Positions 41,287-55,419 of a stretch of 64,000 nt of DNA are shown piece by piece. The DNA is from Nannocystis bainbridge (GTDB lineage: Bacteria; Myxococcota_A; Polyangia; Nannocystales; Nannocystaceae), in NCBI RefSeq assembly GCF_028368995.1, contig NZ_JAQNDL010000001.1, forward strand, positions 2,912,001 through 2,976,000, in the 5' to 3' direction. The notes below the pieces were generated by a model that was given only the letters and a program-made list of their open reading frames with translations, was not told the DNA's origin and did no database searches. Numbering within the stretch: the first letter of the stretch is position 1; each line of letters begins with the position of its first letter. The position numbers and the translations under genes are program-made.

Positions 41287-41310
41287 CGGACGGACCGACG
41301 AGCCGGGCAA
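41281..41310 (+). promoter_or_regulatory. Putative ECF promoter, copy 2
   Basis: cggtgacggacggaccgacgagccgggcaa lies just before the lipoprotein start. Confidence 0.55.
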
Positions 41311-41319
41311 GTGGTGGAC

Positions 41320-41874
41320 ATGGACTCTCTCACCCGCTTTTCACTAACAACCCTCGCGCTGCTCACCCTCGCCTCGGCCCCGGCCTGCCTTGTCGATCAG
41401 AAGATCGGCGGCAACCCGACCGACGGCGACGACGCGACGAGCACCGACAGCGAGACCACCTCCGAGGCGACGACCGGGAACAGCACCGACGCGGGCACCG
41501 ACGGCAGCGGCACCGACGCTAGCACTGACGGCAGCGGCACCGACGCCAGCACCGACGGCAGCGGCACCGACGCGTCGACCGGGACCGGCAGCACGACGGC
41601 CGATCCGTCGTACGAGCGCGAGTGCGAGCCGGGCGACTTCGTGTGCGACGATTGGGGCTGCCAGGAGGCGACCCAGGCCGGCGAATGCTACAAGCCGTGC
41701 ACGCCGAGCGGCGAGATCGGCGGGGTCGACAGCGAATGCGACGAGCCGGAGCGGCCGTTCTGCAGCCAGCTCGGGCTGTCGTTCGGCGGCGATTTCGACT
41801 GCAACGGCTGCGCCCACGTCTGCCTGGCCGAGCCGCTCAACTGGTGCGACCACGGGGCCGACCAGTGCGAATGA
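41320..41874 (+). CDS. Cys-rich lipoprotein with STDGSGTDA repeats
   Basis: Lipobox APAC, 27-bp tandem repeats around 41480-41580, and a Cys-rich C-terminal domain. Confidence 0.75.
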   Translation: MDSLTRFSLTTLALLTLASAPACLVDQKIGGNPTDGDDATSTDSETTSEATTGNSTDAGTDGSGTDASTDGSGTDASTDGSGTDASTGTGSTTADPSYERECEPGDFVCDDWGCQEATQAGECYKPCTPSGEIGGVDSECDEPERPFCSQLGLSFGGDFDCNGCAHVCLAEPLNWCDHGADQCE

Positions 41875-42068
41875 TGGGAGTCGGGGTGATATCACCGGAG
41901 CGACGGACAGCTCGACCTCGGCCTCCGCGGAGGCCGAGGTGATTCCATCCTTCCTGCGAACGCGCGCGCGATGAACGTGTGCGCCGCGTGGACCGAGGTT
42001 GGCCTCGGAGGTGAAAAACACCGTCTCGATCATGCCAGGGCCCACGGCCTCGAGCACCCTCGCGTTCA

Positions 42069-42132
42069 CGGCGAGCCTCGCCCTCCCGTGATTCGCATTC
42101 CCGGCGGCGAGCCTCGCCCTCTTATGATTCGC
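42069..42132. repeat. Short direct repeat with internal palindrome between convergent genes
   Basis: cggcgagcctcgccctc..tgattcgc occurs twice; GGCGAG-C-CTCGCC hairpin. Confidence 0.5.
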
Positions 42133-42184
42133 GGCCGAGCGGCGGGCGGGTCCCGCTCTCGGCCGCGACGTCGTCCGCGTCTGC

Positions 42185-43120
42185 TCAGCGCAGGAAGTCG
42201 CCCATGCGGCGGGCGATGAGGCCGCTGTCGGGCTCGCTGCCGCTGAACATCGCCGCCGAGTCGGCGTCGAGCGGGTGATAGCGGACCTGCTCGGGCGGCG
42301 TGCTGCGCAGCGCGCACGTGTACGAAGTGTTGAGGTCGAGCGCGAGCTCGCCGCGGTCGGGCTTGCCGACCACGATCACCTCGATCTCGCCCTGGAACGT
42401 GCGCGCCGGCTTGTAGCCGAGCATCGCCCGCAGGCCCGCCTCGTACATCTTCATGCGGTGCATGAAGAGGTGCTGCTCGGCCGGGCTGGCGAGGAAGCCG
42501 GCGTCGCGCATGAAGGCGGTGACGAACGCGTAGCGCTCCGCCTCGGGCAGCGCCCGGATCTGGTCCATGGGCAGCACCACGTGGATCCCGAGCATGCGCT
42601 CGAAGATGAAGAGGTGGTCCTCGATCGCGCGCAGCTGCAGGGCGTCGGTGCCGGGCAGGCAGGCCCAAGGGCGCAGGAACACCGGCATCACGTTGAGCAG
42701 CAGCGCGACCTCCTCGCCCTCGGCCTGCAGCCGGCAAGCGAGCTCGTACGACGGCAGGCCGCCCATGCAGAAGCCGCCGATGTAGTACGGCCCGTGCGGC
42801 TGGATCGCGCGGACGTGGCGGAGGTTGTACGCCGCGATCTCCTCGACCGAGCCGAACGGCTCGCGCTCCTCGTCGAAGCCCGGCGCCTGGCAGCCGTACA
42901 GCGACACCGATTCCGGCAGGTGCGGCGCGAGGTAGCGGAAATACGACGCGCCGCCGTCGGTCGCCGGGAAGAAGAACAGCGCCGGCCCGCCGGGCGCGCC
43001 CTGCTTGAACTGCACGATGTTGGCGGGCACCTCGTCGAGCGCGCGCGCGGTCGTCTGCTCGCGGTTCTTGATCAGCGCGCGCAGCAGGTCCTGTTTGGTG
43101 GCGGTTAATGATTGGTCCAT
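42185..43120 (-). CDS. Stand-alone thioesterase-fold protein with Cys nucleophile motif
   Basis: LFFFPATDGGASYFRYLA, YGCQAPG and IQPHGPYYIGGFCMGG (GxCxG in place of GxSxG). Confidence 0.8.
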   Translation of the reverse strand: MDQSLTATKQDLLRALIKNREQTTARALDEVPANIVQFKQGAPGGPALFFFPATDGGASYFRYLAPHLPESVSLYGCQAPGFDEEREPFGSVEEIAAYNLRHVRAIQPHGPYYIGGFCMGGLPSYELACRLQAEGEEVALLLNVMPVFLRPWACLPGTDALQLRAIEDHLFIFERMLGIHVVLPMDQIRALPEAERYAFVTAFMRDAGFLASPAEQHLFMHRMKMYEAGLRAMLGYKPARTFQGEIEVIVVGKPDRGELALDLNTSYTCALRSTPPEQVRYHPLDADSAAMFSGSEPDSGLIARRMGDFLR

Positions 43121-43138
43121 GCTCGTACCTTTTTGTCC

Positions 43139-46100
43139 TCACGCATCGAGGCGCGCGAGCAGGTCGCGCGCCTCCTCCTCGCGCAGCCCGGCGAGCATCG
43201 CCGTCAGCGCTTCGAGATCTCCGGTCGCGGCCGCGGCCCGCAGCTGCGCCAGCTTGATGGCGCTCGCCAGGCCGGCGACCGTCGGCGCCTGAAACAGCGC
43301 CGTCAGCGTCAGCGCGGCGCCGTGCCGCTGCTTGACCGCGAACAGCAGGCGCGCGGCCAGCAGCGAGTGCCCGCCGAGCGCGAAAAAATCATCGTCGCGG
43401 CCCGGCGCGCAGCCGGGCAGCAGCTCCGCGAACAGCCCGGCGACCGCGACCTCGACGGCGTCCGCCGGCGGCGTATGGCGGGCCGACGCCTCGGCCTGGG
43501 CGATCCGGGCCGTCTGCAGCGCCTGGCGGTGCAGCTTGCCGTTCGGCGTGCGCGGCAGCTCCGGCAGCACCACCACCCGCGCGGGCAGCATGTACGCGGG
43601 CAGGCTGCGGCGCAGCGACTCGAGCAGCTCGGTGGTCCGCACCGATTGGCCGCTCGCGGCGCACACGAACGCCACCAATTGCCGCTCGCCGTCGGGTCCC
43701 GGGCGGACCGCGACGGCGGCCTCGTGGACCGCGGGGTGGCGGGCCAGCGCGTGCTCGATCTCGCCGATCTCGATGCGGTGGCCGCGGATCTTCACCTGCT
43801 CGTCGAGGCGCCCGAGGAACTCGAGCTGGCCGTCGTCGCGCAGGCGCACCAGGTCGCCGGTGCGGTAGCAGCGGACCGGCGCCGGCAGCAGGCCGGCGGG
43901 GTTGTGGTCGACGAATCGCTCGGCGGTCAGCTCCGGGCGCCCGAGATAACCGGCGGCCACGCCCTCGCCGGCGATCCACAGCTCGCCCGGCGCGCCCGCT
44001 CCGAGCGGCTGGCCCTCGGGGTCGAGCACGAACACCTGCGTGTTCTCGATCGGCCGCCCGAGCGTGATCGGCTCGCCAGGCGCGAGGCGGGCCCGCGTCG
44101 ACCAGATGGTCGTCTCGGTCGGCCCGTACAGGTTCCACAGCTCGGCGCAGCGGGGCGCCAGCCAGTCGACCAGCCCGCGCGGCGGGTGCTCCCCGCCGCA
44201 CAGCGCCCGCAAGCGGCGGTCGCCCGGCCACCCGGACGCCTGCAGCAGCGACCAGGTGGCCGGCGTCGCCTGCATCACCGTGACCGCCTCCGCGGCCAGC
44301 AGCGCCTGCAGGCGCGCGCCGTCGGCCAGGTCCGCGGTGTCGGCCAGCACCAGCCGGGCCCCGTGCGTCAGCGGGAGGAAGAGCTCGAGCGCGGCGATGT
44401 CGAAGCCCCAGGTCGTCACCGACAGCAGGACGTCGTCGGCGGCGATCCCCGGCGCGCGCGCCATCGCCGACAGGCAGGCGACGAGGTTGCGGTGGCGGAC
44501 CACCACGCCCTTCGGCTTGCCGGTCGAGCCCGAGGTGTAAAGCACGTACGCGGGGTCCTCGGGGCCGCCGCGCCGGATCGCCGACGCACCAGGTGGCACG
44601 TCCGTCAGCGCCGAGACGAGCACGCTCGGCACCTCGCCGGGCACCGCGCGCGCTTCGGTGTCGCGGATCACCAGCGTCGCGCCGCTGTCCTCGATCATGA
44701 AGCGCAGGCGCGCCTCGGGGAACGCGGGGTCGAGCGGCAGGTAGGCCGCGCCGGCCGCGAGCACCCCCAGCAGCGCGCACAGCAGCTCTGGGGAGCGCTC
44801 GCCCAGCACCGCGACGATCTGCCCCGGGCCGACGCCGCGCTCGCCGAGCCCCGCCGCGATCGCCTCGACGCGCGCCGCCAGTTGGCGATAGGACCACGTC
44901 CGCCCGGCGTGCGTCACCGCCGGCGCCTCCGGCGTGCGCGCGGCCTGCTCGCGCACCCGCTGCGGCAGCGTGGCCTCGCGGGGGAACGGCGCCTCGGTGC
45001 GGTTGTAGGCCAGCACGACCTCGCGGGCGCGCAGCTCGTCGAGCATCGGCGCGGCGTCGACGGAGGCCGTCGGCGCGGCGGCCAGGCCCGCCGCCAGCTG
45101 GACGAACGCCTCGGCGAAGCGGGTCGCGAACGCCGCCTCGAACAGGTCGGTCGTGTAGGTCAGCGTCCCGCGCGTGCCGCCCGGGCCGGTGACGAACTGG
45201 CACTCGAGGTCGAAGGTCGCGACCTCCGGGTCGAACGGCCACGCCTCGGCCGTCACCGCGGGCAGCCGCGGCGGGTCCGCGGGGCCCTGCGCGCCGAAGA
45301 ACAGCGAGAACAGCGGCGTGCGAGCCGGGTCGCGCGGCTGCCCCGACAGCTCGACCAACCGCTCGAACGCGACATCCTTGTGGGCGAACGCGTCGCGGCA
45401 GCAGGCGTCGACCCGGCGCAGCAGCTCGTGGAACGACAGCCCGCGCGCCACCTCGACGCGCAGCACCACCGTGCTGACCAGGCAGCCGATCAGCGACTCG
45501 ACGCCGCGGTCGTCGCGGTTGGCGTGCGGCGTGCCGACCACCAGGTCGCGCGCCCGGCACAGCCGCTGCAGCGTCACCAGGAACACCGCGAGCAGCGCGG
45601 CGAAGCGGGTGACCCCGGCGTCGGCGGCCGCCTGCTGCAGCGCGTGGGCGACGTCGCCGGGCAGGCTGAACCCGAGCTGGCGGCCGCGATAGCGCTGCAG
45701 CGGCGGCCGCGAGTGGTCCTGCGGCAGCTCGACCATCGGCAGCCCGGCCAGCTGCGCGCGCCAGAACTCGAGCGGGTCGGCGGCCGCGTGGACCCGCCGC
45801 TCCCAGGCGACGAAGTCGGCGAGGCCGAGGTTCGGCGCCGGCGACGTGATCGGCGCATGCGCGAGCTCGGCGGCGTAGAGCGGCCCGAGCTCGCCGGCCA
45901 GCAGCGCCAGCGAGGCGCCGTCGATCACGAGGTGGTGAAACCCGAGCGCCAGGATCGATCGCTCCGGCCCGCAGGCGATCAGGCACGCGCGCACCGGCGG
46001 GGCCTGGTCGAGCGCGAACGGCCGGCACAACGCGTCCCGGGCCGCGTCCGCGATCGCGGCGTCGTCGGCCGTCGCTTCGAGGCGCAGCCGCATCAGCGCC

Positions 46101-46491
46101 GGCGCCCACGTCGGCAGCACCAGCTGCACCGGATAACCATCGAGCTCGGCGAAGGTCGCCCGCAGCGCCTCGTGCCGCGCGACCACCCGCGCCAGCGCCC
46201 GCGCCAGCGCGTCGGCGTCGACCGGCCCGCGCAGCCCGTACGCCTGCGTCACCAGGTACGCCGGCCGCGTGGTGTCGAAGCGCGTCAAGAACCACAGCCG
46301 CCGCTGCACGCTCGACATCGGCGTCGCCACCCGCCCGGCCAGCAGCGCCAGCACCTCGGCCTTGGCGGCCCGCAGCGCCTCGCGGTCGGCAGGCGTCACC
46401 ACCCCCGGCTCGGCGCGCAGCCGCAGCTGCTCGCCGTCGGCCCACAGCCGGACCCCGCGCTCCACCAGACCTCCGATCAGCGTCGCCGTGC

Positions 46492-46495
<4 letters not shown>
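43139..46495 (-). CDS. NRPS module: TubC-type N-terminal docking domain-C-A(Gly)-PCP
   Basis: GTG start overlapping the PKS stop. GVRLWADGEQLRLRA docking domain; HHLVIDG; YTSGSTGKPKG, NLYGPTE, YRTGD; GGHSL. Pocket residues read by eye DILQLGLIWK (glycine-type). Confidence 0.9.
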
Positions 46496-51018
<4,523 letters not shown>

Positions 51019-51885
51019 CGATCTCCACGCCGGTCGCTCTCGCCGCTGCCGAAGAACGTCGCGTCACGGGCGCGCCGGCGGACCTCGATAATTCATCCCG
51101 CTCCGGCCCGCCGAGTGACCGCGATACCGAATGCGCCCGGGTGCCTCCGCGGGGCGCCTTTACCTTCAAAAGATGTCGCATACGCTCGGAGTTCGGGCGC
51201 CGCCAGATCGTCCGCTCGAGACAAAAGCGTCTCTCTTGCAGATTCGTCTCCGCGACGGGCGCGTGTCGGCGGCATCGGAACAGTGCCGGCCGGTCCGCGA
51301 TCAATTGCGATTGCAGCCCGGGCAGTCGCATGCGCTCTTGCAGGCTCATCGAGCCCCTGACGCCTCGCGGACCGCGCAACCCGTCCACGAGGGGCGCCGC
51401 AGACCTCTCCGTTCACTCGCTAGATCGAGGTCGCGCCCCGCTCGCGCTCAAGCCCTCGCGCCCGGCGCTGCCCGGCGCGCCCGAAAGCAGTCCCATGACA
51501 CACCGCGATTCATCGCACCTGCCCCTGTCCCCACAATCTACGGTTCGACATTGCAGCAGCGATCGCGCATGCCCGGTTCAGCCGGCCTCGCGGCCCCGGT
51601 ACTGCGACGGTGACTGGCCGTACCAGCGACGGAACGCCCGCGTATCCACGAACCCGAGCGACGCCGCGAAGCCCTGACCGAGTGCCGCTCCTCGCTCAGG
51701 CACCGGCAGGCCAGCCCGGCGCGGGCCCCGGCGAGCCCACAAGCTCCACGGGCTGCTCACGCGCGCGGAGGCGCAGAAGCTCGCGCCCTGGCCATGATCC
51801 TCGGCGGCGGCGACGCGTGATGACGCAGGCAGGAGGGCGCCTCACGCACGAGGCTGCCGCGCACGACCCTTGCATCACCGCCCGC

Positions 51886-52419
51886 ATGCGCACCAGCGGC
51901 CTCCTCCTGGCCTTGTTCATCCTGCCGCAGTGCGGCCCCGGAAAGCCCCAGCCAGGCGATACCGACACCGCTGTCACGGAGACCGACAGCGGCGTCAGCA
52001 CCACCACCGGCACCACCGGCACCACCAGCACCACCGGCAGCTCGACGAGCGGCCCCGCCACGACGGCCGGCAGCGGCTGCGCCGCCCTCGACCAGGGCAA
52101 CGTGTGGGTCTGCGACTGTACGACCCTGTTCGGCCCGTGGAAGCCGTTCAACGACGCCTGCGGCCGCGACCAGACCATCCCCGTCGAATGGTCCGAGTGG
52201 CTGTGCGAGACCTACGCCGCCGACGACCTGTTCGACACCACGGCGACCACCGGCGACGAGGACCCGTCCGACACGACGGCGGGGACCGACCCGACCGAGC
52301 CGCGCACCGACCCGACGACCGGCCCCGCGACCACCACCGGCGACGGCGACGATCCTCCGCTCGGCTGCAAATGCACCTGCGAGGTCACGCCCGAGTGCTG
52401 CGACGACTCTCTACCGTGA
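51886..52419 (+). CDS. Cys/Thr-rich lipoprotein
   Basis: MRTSGLLLALFILPQC, Thr-rich linkers, and CDC / CKCTC / CC motifs. Confidence 0.7.
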   Translation: MRTSGLLLALFILPQCGPGKPQPGDTDTAVTETDSGVSTTTGTTGTTSTTGSSTSGPATTAGSGCAALDQGNVWVCDCTTLFGPWKPFNDACGRDQTIPVEWSEWLCETYAADDLFDTTATTGDEDPSDTTAGTDPTEPRTDPTTGPATTTGDGDDPPLGCKCTCEVTPECCDDSLP

Positions 52420-52503
52420 CGATTCGCGCGGCGACGACATGTCTTAAAAGACAGGTACCCTCGCGTGCTGCGACGGCTCTCTGCCGTGACGATTCGCGCG
52501 GCG
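52395..52503. repeat. 39-bp direct repeat pair with 31-bp spacer
   Basis: gtgctgcgacg(a/g)ctctct(a/g)ccgtgacgattcgcgcggcg at 52395-52433 and 52465-52503. Confidence 0.8.
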
Positions 52504-52548
52504 CGCTCGTCACCGCGGAGACCCGCCGCGTCAGCTTCACGTCCGATT

Positions 52549-52623
52549 GAAGCCCGCGAGGACTCAAGCCCGCGGGAGACTCAAGCCCGCGCGAGAACTC
52601 AAGCCCGCGCGAGGGCAAAGCCC
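52549..52623. repeat. Imperfect tandem repeat (~16-19 bp unit, ACTCAAGCCCGCG) downstream of sod
   Basis: AAGCCCGCG occurs four times, followed by a degenerate fifth copy. Confidence 0.7.
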
Positions 52624-52643
52624 CTCGCGCGTCACTGCGAGGC

Positions 52644-53228
52644 TCAGCGGCCGCGCAGGTTGCCGGCGACGAAGTCCCAGTTGACCAGGTGGTCGAGGAA
52701 CGTGTCGATGTACTTCGGCCGCGCGTTGCGGAAGTCGATGTAGTACGCGTGCTCCCACACGTCGATCGTCAGCAGCGCCGTCTGGCCGTGCTTGAGCGGC
52801 AGGTCGGCGTTGCCGGTCTTGGTCACCGAGAGCTTGCCGTCGGCGAGGACCAGCCAGGCCCAGCCGGACCCGAACTGCGTCGTCGCGGCGTTGGCGAACT
52901 CCTCGCGGAACTTCTCGAACGAGCCGAAATCGCGGTCGATCGCCGCCGCCAGCTCGCCGGTCGGTCGCCCGCCGCCGTTCGGCTTCATCGAGTGCCAGTA
53001 GAACGTGTGGTTCCAGACCTGGGCCGCGTTGTTGAACACGCCGCCGTCGCTGCGCAGGATGACCTCTTCGAGCGGCAGCTCCGCCTCGGGCTTGCCGGCG
53101 AGCAGCTTGTTCAGGTTGTTCACGTACGCGGCGTGGTGCTTGTCGTGGTGGAACTCGAGCGTCTCGGCGCTGATGTGGGGCGCGAGCGCGTCCTTGGCGT
53201 AGGGGAGTTCGGGAAGTGTGAACGGCAT
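52644..53228 (-). CDS. sodB: Fe/Mn superoxide dismutase (Fe-type signature)
   Basis: MPFTLPELPY, HHDKHHAAYV, FNNAAQVWNH, FGSGWAWL and DVWEHAYYIDFRN. Confidence 0.93.
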   Translation of the reverse strand: MPFTLPELPYAKDALAPHISAETLEFHHDKHHAAYVNNLNKLLAGKPEAELPLEEVILRSDGGVFNNAAQVWNHTFYWHSMKPNGGGRPTGELAAAIDRDFGSFEKFREEFANAATTQFGSGWAWLVLADGKLSVTKTGNADLPLKHGQTALLTIDVWEHAYYIDFRNARPKYIDTFLDHLVNWDFVAGNLRGR

Positions 53229-53340
53229 GGAGATCCTCGGGGTGCGGAAGCACGAGGTCCGCAGGGGGGCGGACGGGCGCCTCGGGTGGGAGCGTTGCCT
53301 TACCAGATCCTCGGCCACATGCGGGCACCCGCGCCAACAT

Positions 53341-53357
53341 ATTGGCAGAATGCCAAT
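53341..53357. promoter_or_regulatory. Perfect palindrome ATTGGCA-N3-TGCCAAT, candidate regulator site
   Basis: AT-rich 7-3-7 inverted repeat in the divergent intergenic region upstream of sod. Confidence 0.4.
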
Positions 53358-53732
53358 CTTTTGGCACGGCAGCGAGCTCGTCCGGTGGGGCCCGCAGGCC
53401 GCGCAGGTCCAGGCTGACTCTTGGGACAGCTACATCGATTGACACGGCGACGCATGCTCACTGTCACGATCCGTCCCCGTCGATCCGCGGACGCGACGCT
53501 TCGACGACCGGCGACGCTTCGCTTCCCGGCCCAGCCGGAGATCTTTCAACGCCCCATCCTCTTCTCCTTTCGAACCAGAGGTCGCCCGTACGAGCTGCCG
53601 CCGCCTCGTCGCCCGCGCGGGTGCGAGCGCCCGTCGGTCGCGCCGCGAGCGCGCGCACGGCCTCTGCGGCTCCGCGCGCGCCCTCGCTCCCCGCGGGCCC
53701 TGTGTTTTCGCGTACCTTCGACTGGCGTCACC

Positions 53733-55349
53733 ATGTCTGCCCCGACCGCCGCCACCACCGCTTCCGACTATCAGCGCGACGACGACGGCCGGGGCTTGCT
53801 CGGCGCCATGCGGGCGCGCTTCGCCGCTGCCACTGCCGGCGGCGGGCCGCTGTTCACCAGCGCCGCCGGCGATCTGTGGCCCGTCTTCCTCGCCGCCGTG
53901 CCCGAGCACCTACGCCAGTGGCACGATTGCGCCGCCTGCCGCCGGTTCTTCGAGCGGCACGGCGCGCTCGTCCGCGTCGGCGAGGACGGCGAGCTCGTGT
54001 CGGTGCTGTGGGCTCCGCAGGACGTGCCTGCGCCCTACGTCGCCGCCGTCAAGGCGCTCGCCGACGCCGTCACGCGCGCCCCGATCGACGGCGTGTTCCT
54101 GTCGTCGCGGCCGCAATGGGGCCAGCCGCAGACCGGCGATTGGTGGCACCTCTCGCTCGAGCCCGCGAAGGCGCAGCTGTTCCCCGCCTCGCCGGTGCGC
54201 ACCGCCTCGCAGGCGGCCGCCGACCGACGCGTCGATCGCGAGACCCTCTTGCGCGGCCTCGCCGAGTTCCCGCTCGACCTCGTGCGCCAGGCCCACGCGC
54301 TGCTCACCACCGACAAGCTCTACCGCTCCGAGGCGTGCATCAGCGTCGCCGCGTGGCTGCTCGCGCTGCACGAGCGGCTGGCCGCGACCGCCAACCAGCG
54401 CGTGCGCGACAACCTCGTGTGGCATGCCGTGGACGCCGCGCCCGTCGGGTTCGCGCGCGTGCGCAGCACCATGATCGGCACCTTGCTCGAGGACCTCGCC
54501 GCCGGGCTCGCCTTCGACGCGGTCAAGGCCCGCTTCGACGCCAAGATGCACCCGCTCGCCTATCAGCGGCCGACCGCGGCGCCGAGCGCCGGCAACATCG
54601 CCCGCGCCGAGGAGATCGTGGCCAAGCTCGGGGCCGCGGGCGCGCTCGAGCGGCGCTTCGCTCGCCTCGCCGACATCGTCCCGCTGTGGACGCCGGCCGC
54701 GGAGAAGCCCGCGCGCGAGGAGCGGGGCGTGTTCTCCCACCTGCGGCAGCGGGCCTCCGCGACCACCTGGCACGACGTCCCGCCGACCGTGATGACGTGG
54801 GACAAGTTCATGCGCACCGTCCTGCCGGGCGCCGAGGGCCTCGAGTTCCTGGTCCCCGACCGCAACGACTCGTACCTCGGGCTCGTCACCGCCAAGAACC
54901 CCGACGCCCCGCCGATCGTGCAGTGGGACCGCGAGGACGCGCGCAACCCGGTCACCTGGTACCTCTACGTCGACGGCTCGCAGCCGGCGCGGTGGAACCT
55001 CAAGCCCGGTCAATTCCATCCGGTCACTGCCGTCACCTATCAACCCTCGATGTGGGGCGACGCGGCCAAGTTCCCGCACCACGGGCAGAAGGTCATCTTC
55101 CTGCTCAAGGGCGCCAGGGACCTCGAGTACACCGGCGGCGCCGGCTTCTTCCCCTCGTTCCTCAAGAGCGAGTACCACGAGATCCGCAGCACCCTCGAGG
55201 CTTACGCCAGGGGCGCCGTCGTCGACGGCAAGGACGACGCCGAGGCGTGCGGGATCTGCCTGCAAAAGGGCACCACCTGGGACTACACCTTCCGCGTCAG
55301 CGGCAAGGGCGGCGTGCGCCTCGTCTACAAGCTCGACCGCTGGGATTGA
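53733..55349 (+). CDS. Conserved hypothetical protein with HxCxxC motif
   Basis: Long ORF with strong codon bias; WHDCAACRRFF, KMHPLAYQRP and FFPSFLKSEYH. Confidence 0.7.
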   Translation: MSAPTAATTASDYQRDDDGRGLLGAMRARFAAATAGGGPLFTSAAGDLWPVFLAAVPEHLRQWHDCAACRRFFERHGALVRVGEDGELVSVLWAPQDVPAPYVAAVKALADAVTRAPIDGVFLSSRPQWGQPQTGDWWHLSLEPAKAQLFPASPVRTASQAAADRRVDRETLLRGLAEFPLDLVRQAHALLTTDKLYRSEACISVAAWLLALHERLAATANQRVRDNLVWHAVDAAPVGFARVRSTMIGTLLEDLAAGLAFDAVKARFDAKMHPLAYQRPTAAPSAGNIARAEEIVAKLGAAGALERRFARLADIVPLWTPAAEKPAREERGVFSHLRQRASATTWHDVPPTVMTWDKFMRTVLPGAEGLEFLVPDRNDSYLGLVTAKNPDAPPIVQWDREDARNPVTWYLYVDGSQPARWNLKPGQFHPVTAVTYQPSMWGDAAKFPHHGQKVIFLLKGARDLEYTGGAGFFPSFLKSEYHEIRSTLEAYARGAVVDGKDDAEACGICLQKGTTWDYTFRVSGKGGVRLVYKLDRWD

Positions 55350-55419
55350 CAGCAGGCGCGAAAACGCTCAAACCCTCGTGGTGGCACGCGGCGGGCCTGT
55401 CGAGTACGGTGAGGTCTGC

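Noticed and set aside
52395-52623. CRISPR array
   Set aside because: Only two 39-bp copies, one inside a CDS. The neighbouring short repeats lack unique spacers, and no cas genes are in the window.
53555-53610. tRNA-like fragment (ctttcgaaccagaggtcgcccgtacgag)
   Set aside because: No convincing acceptor stem, D-arm or canonical TTCGA T-loop could be folded by eye.
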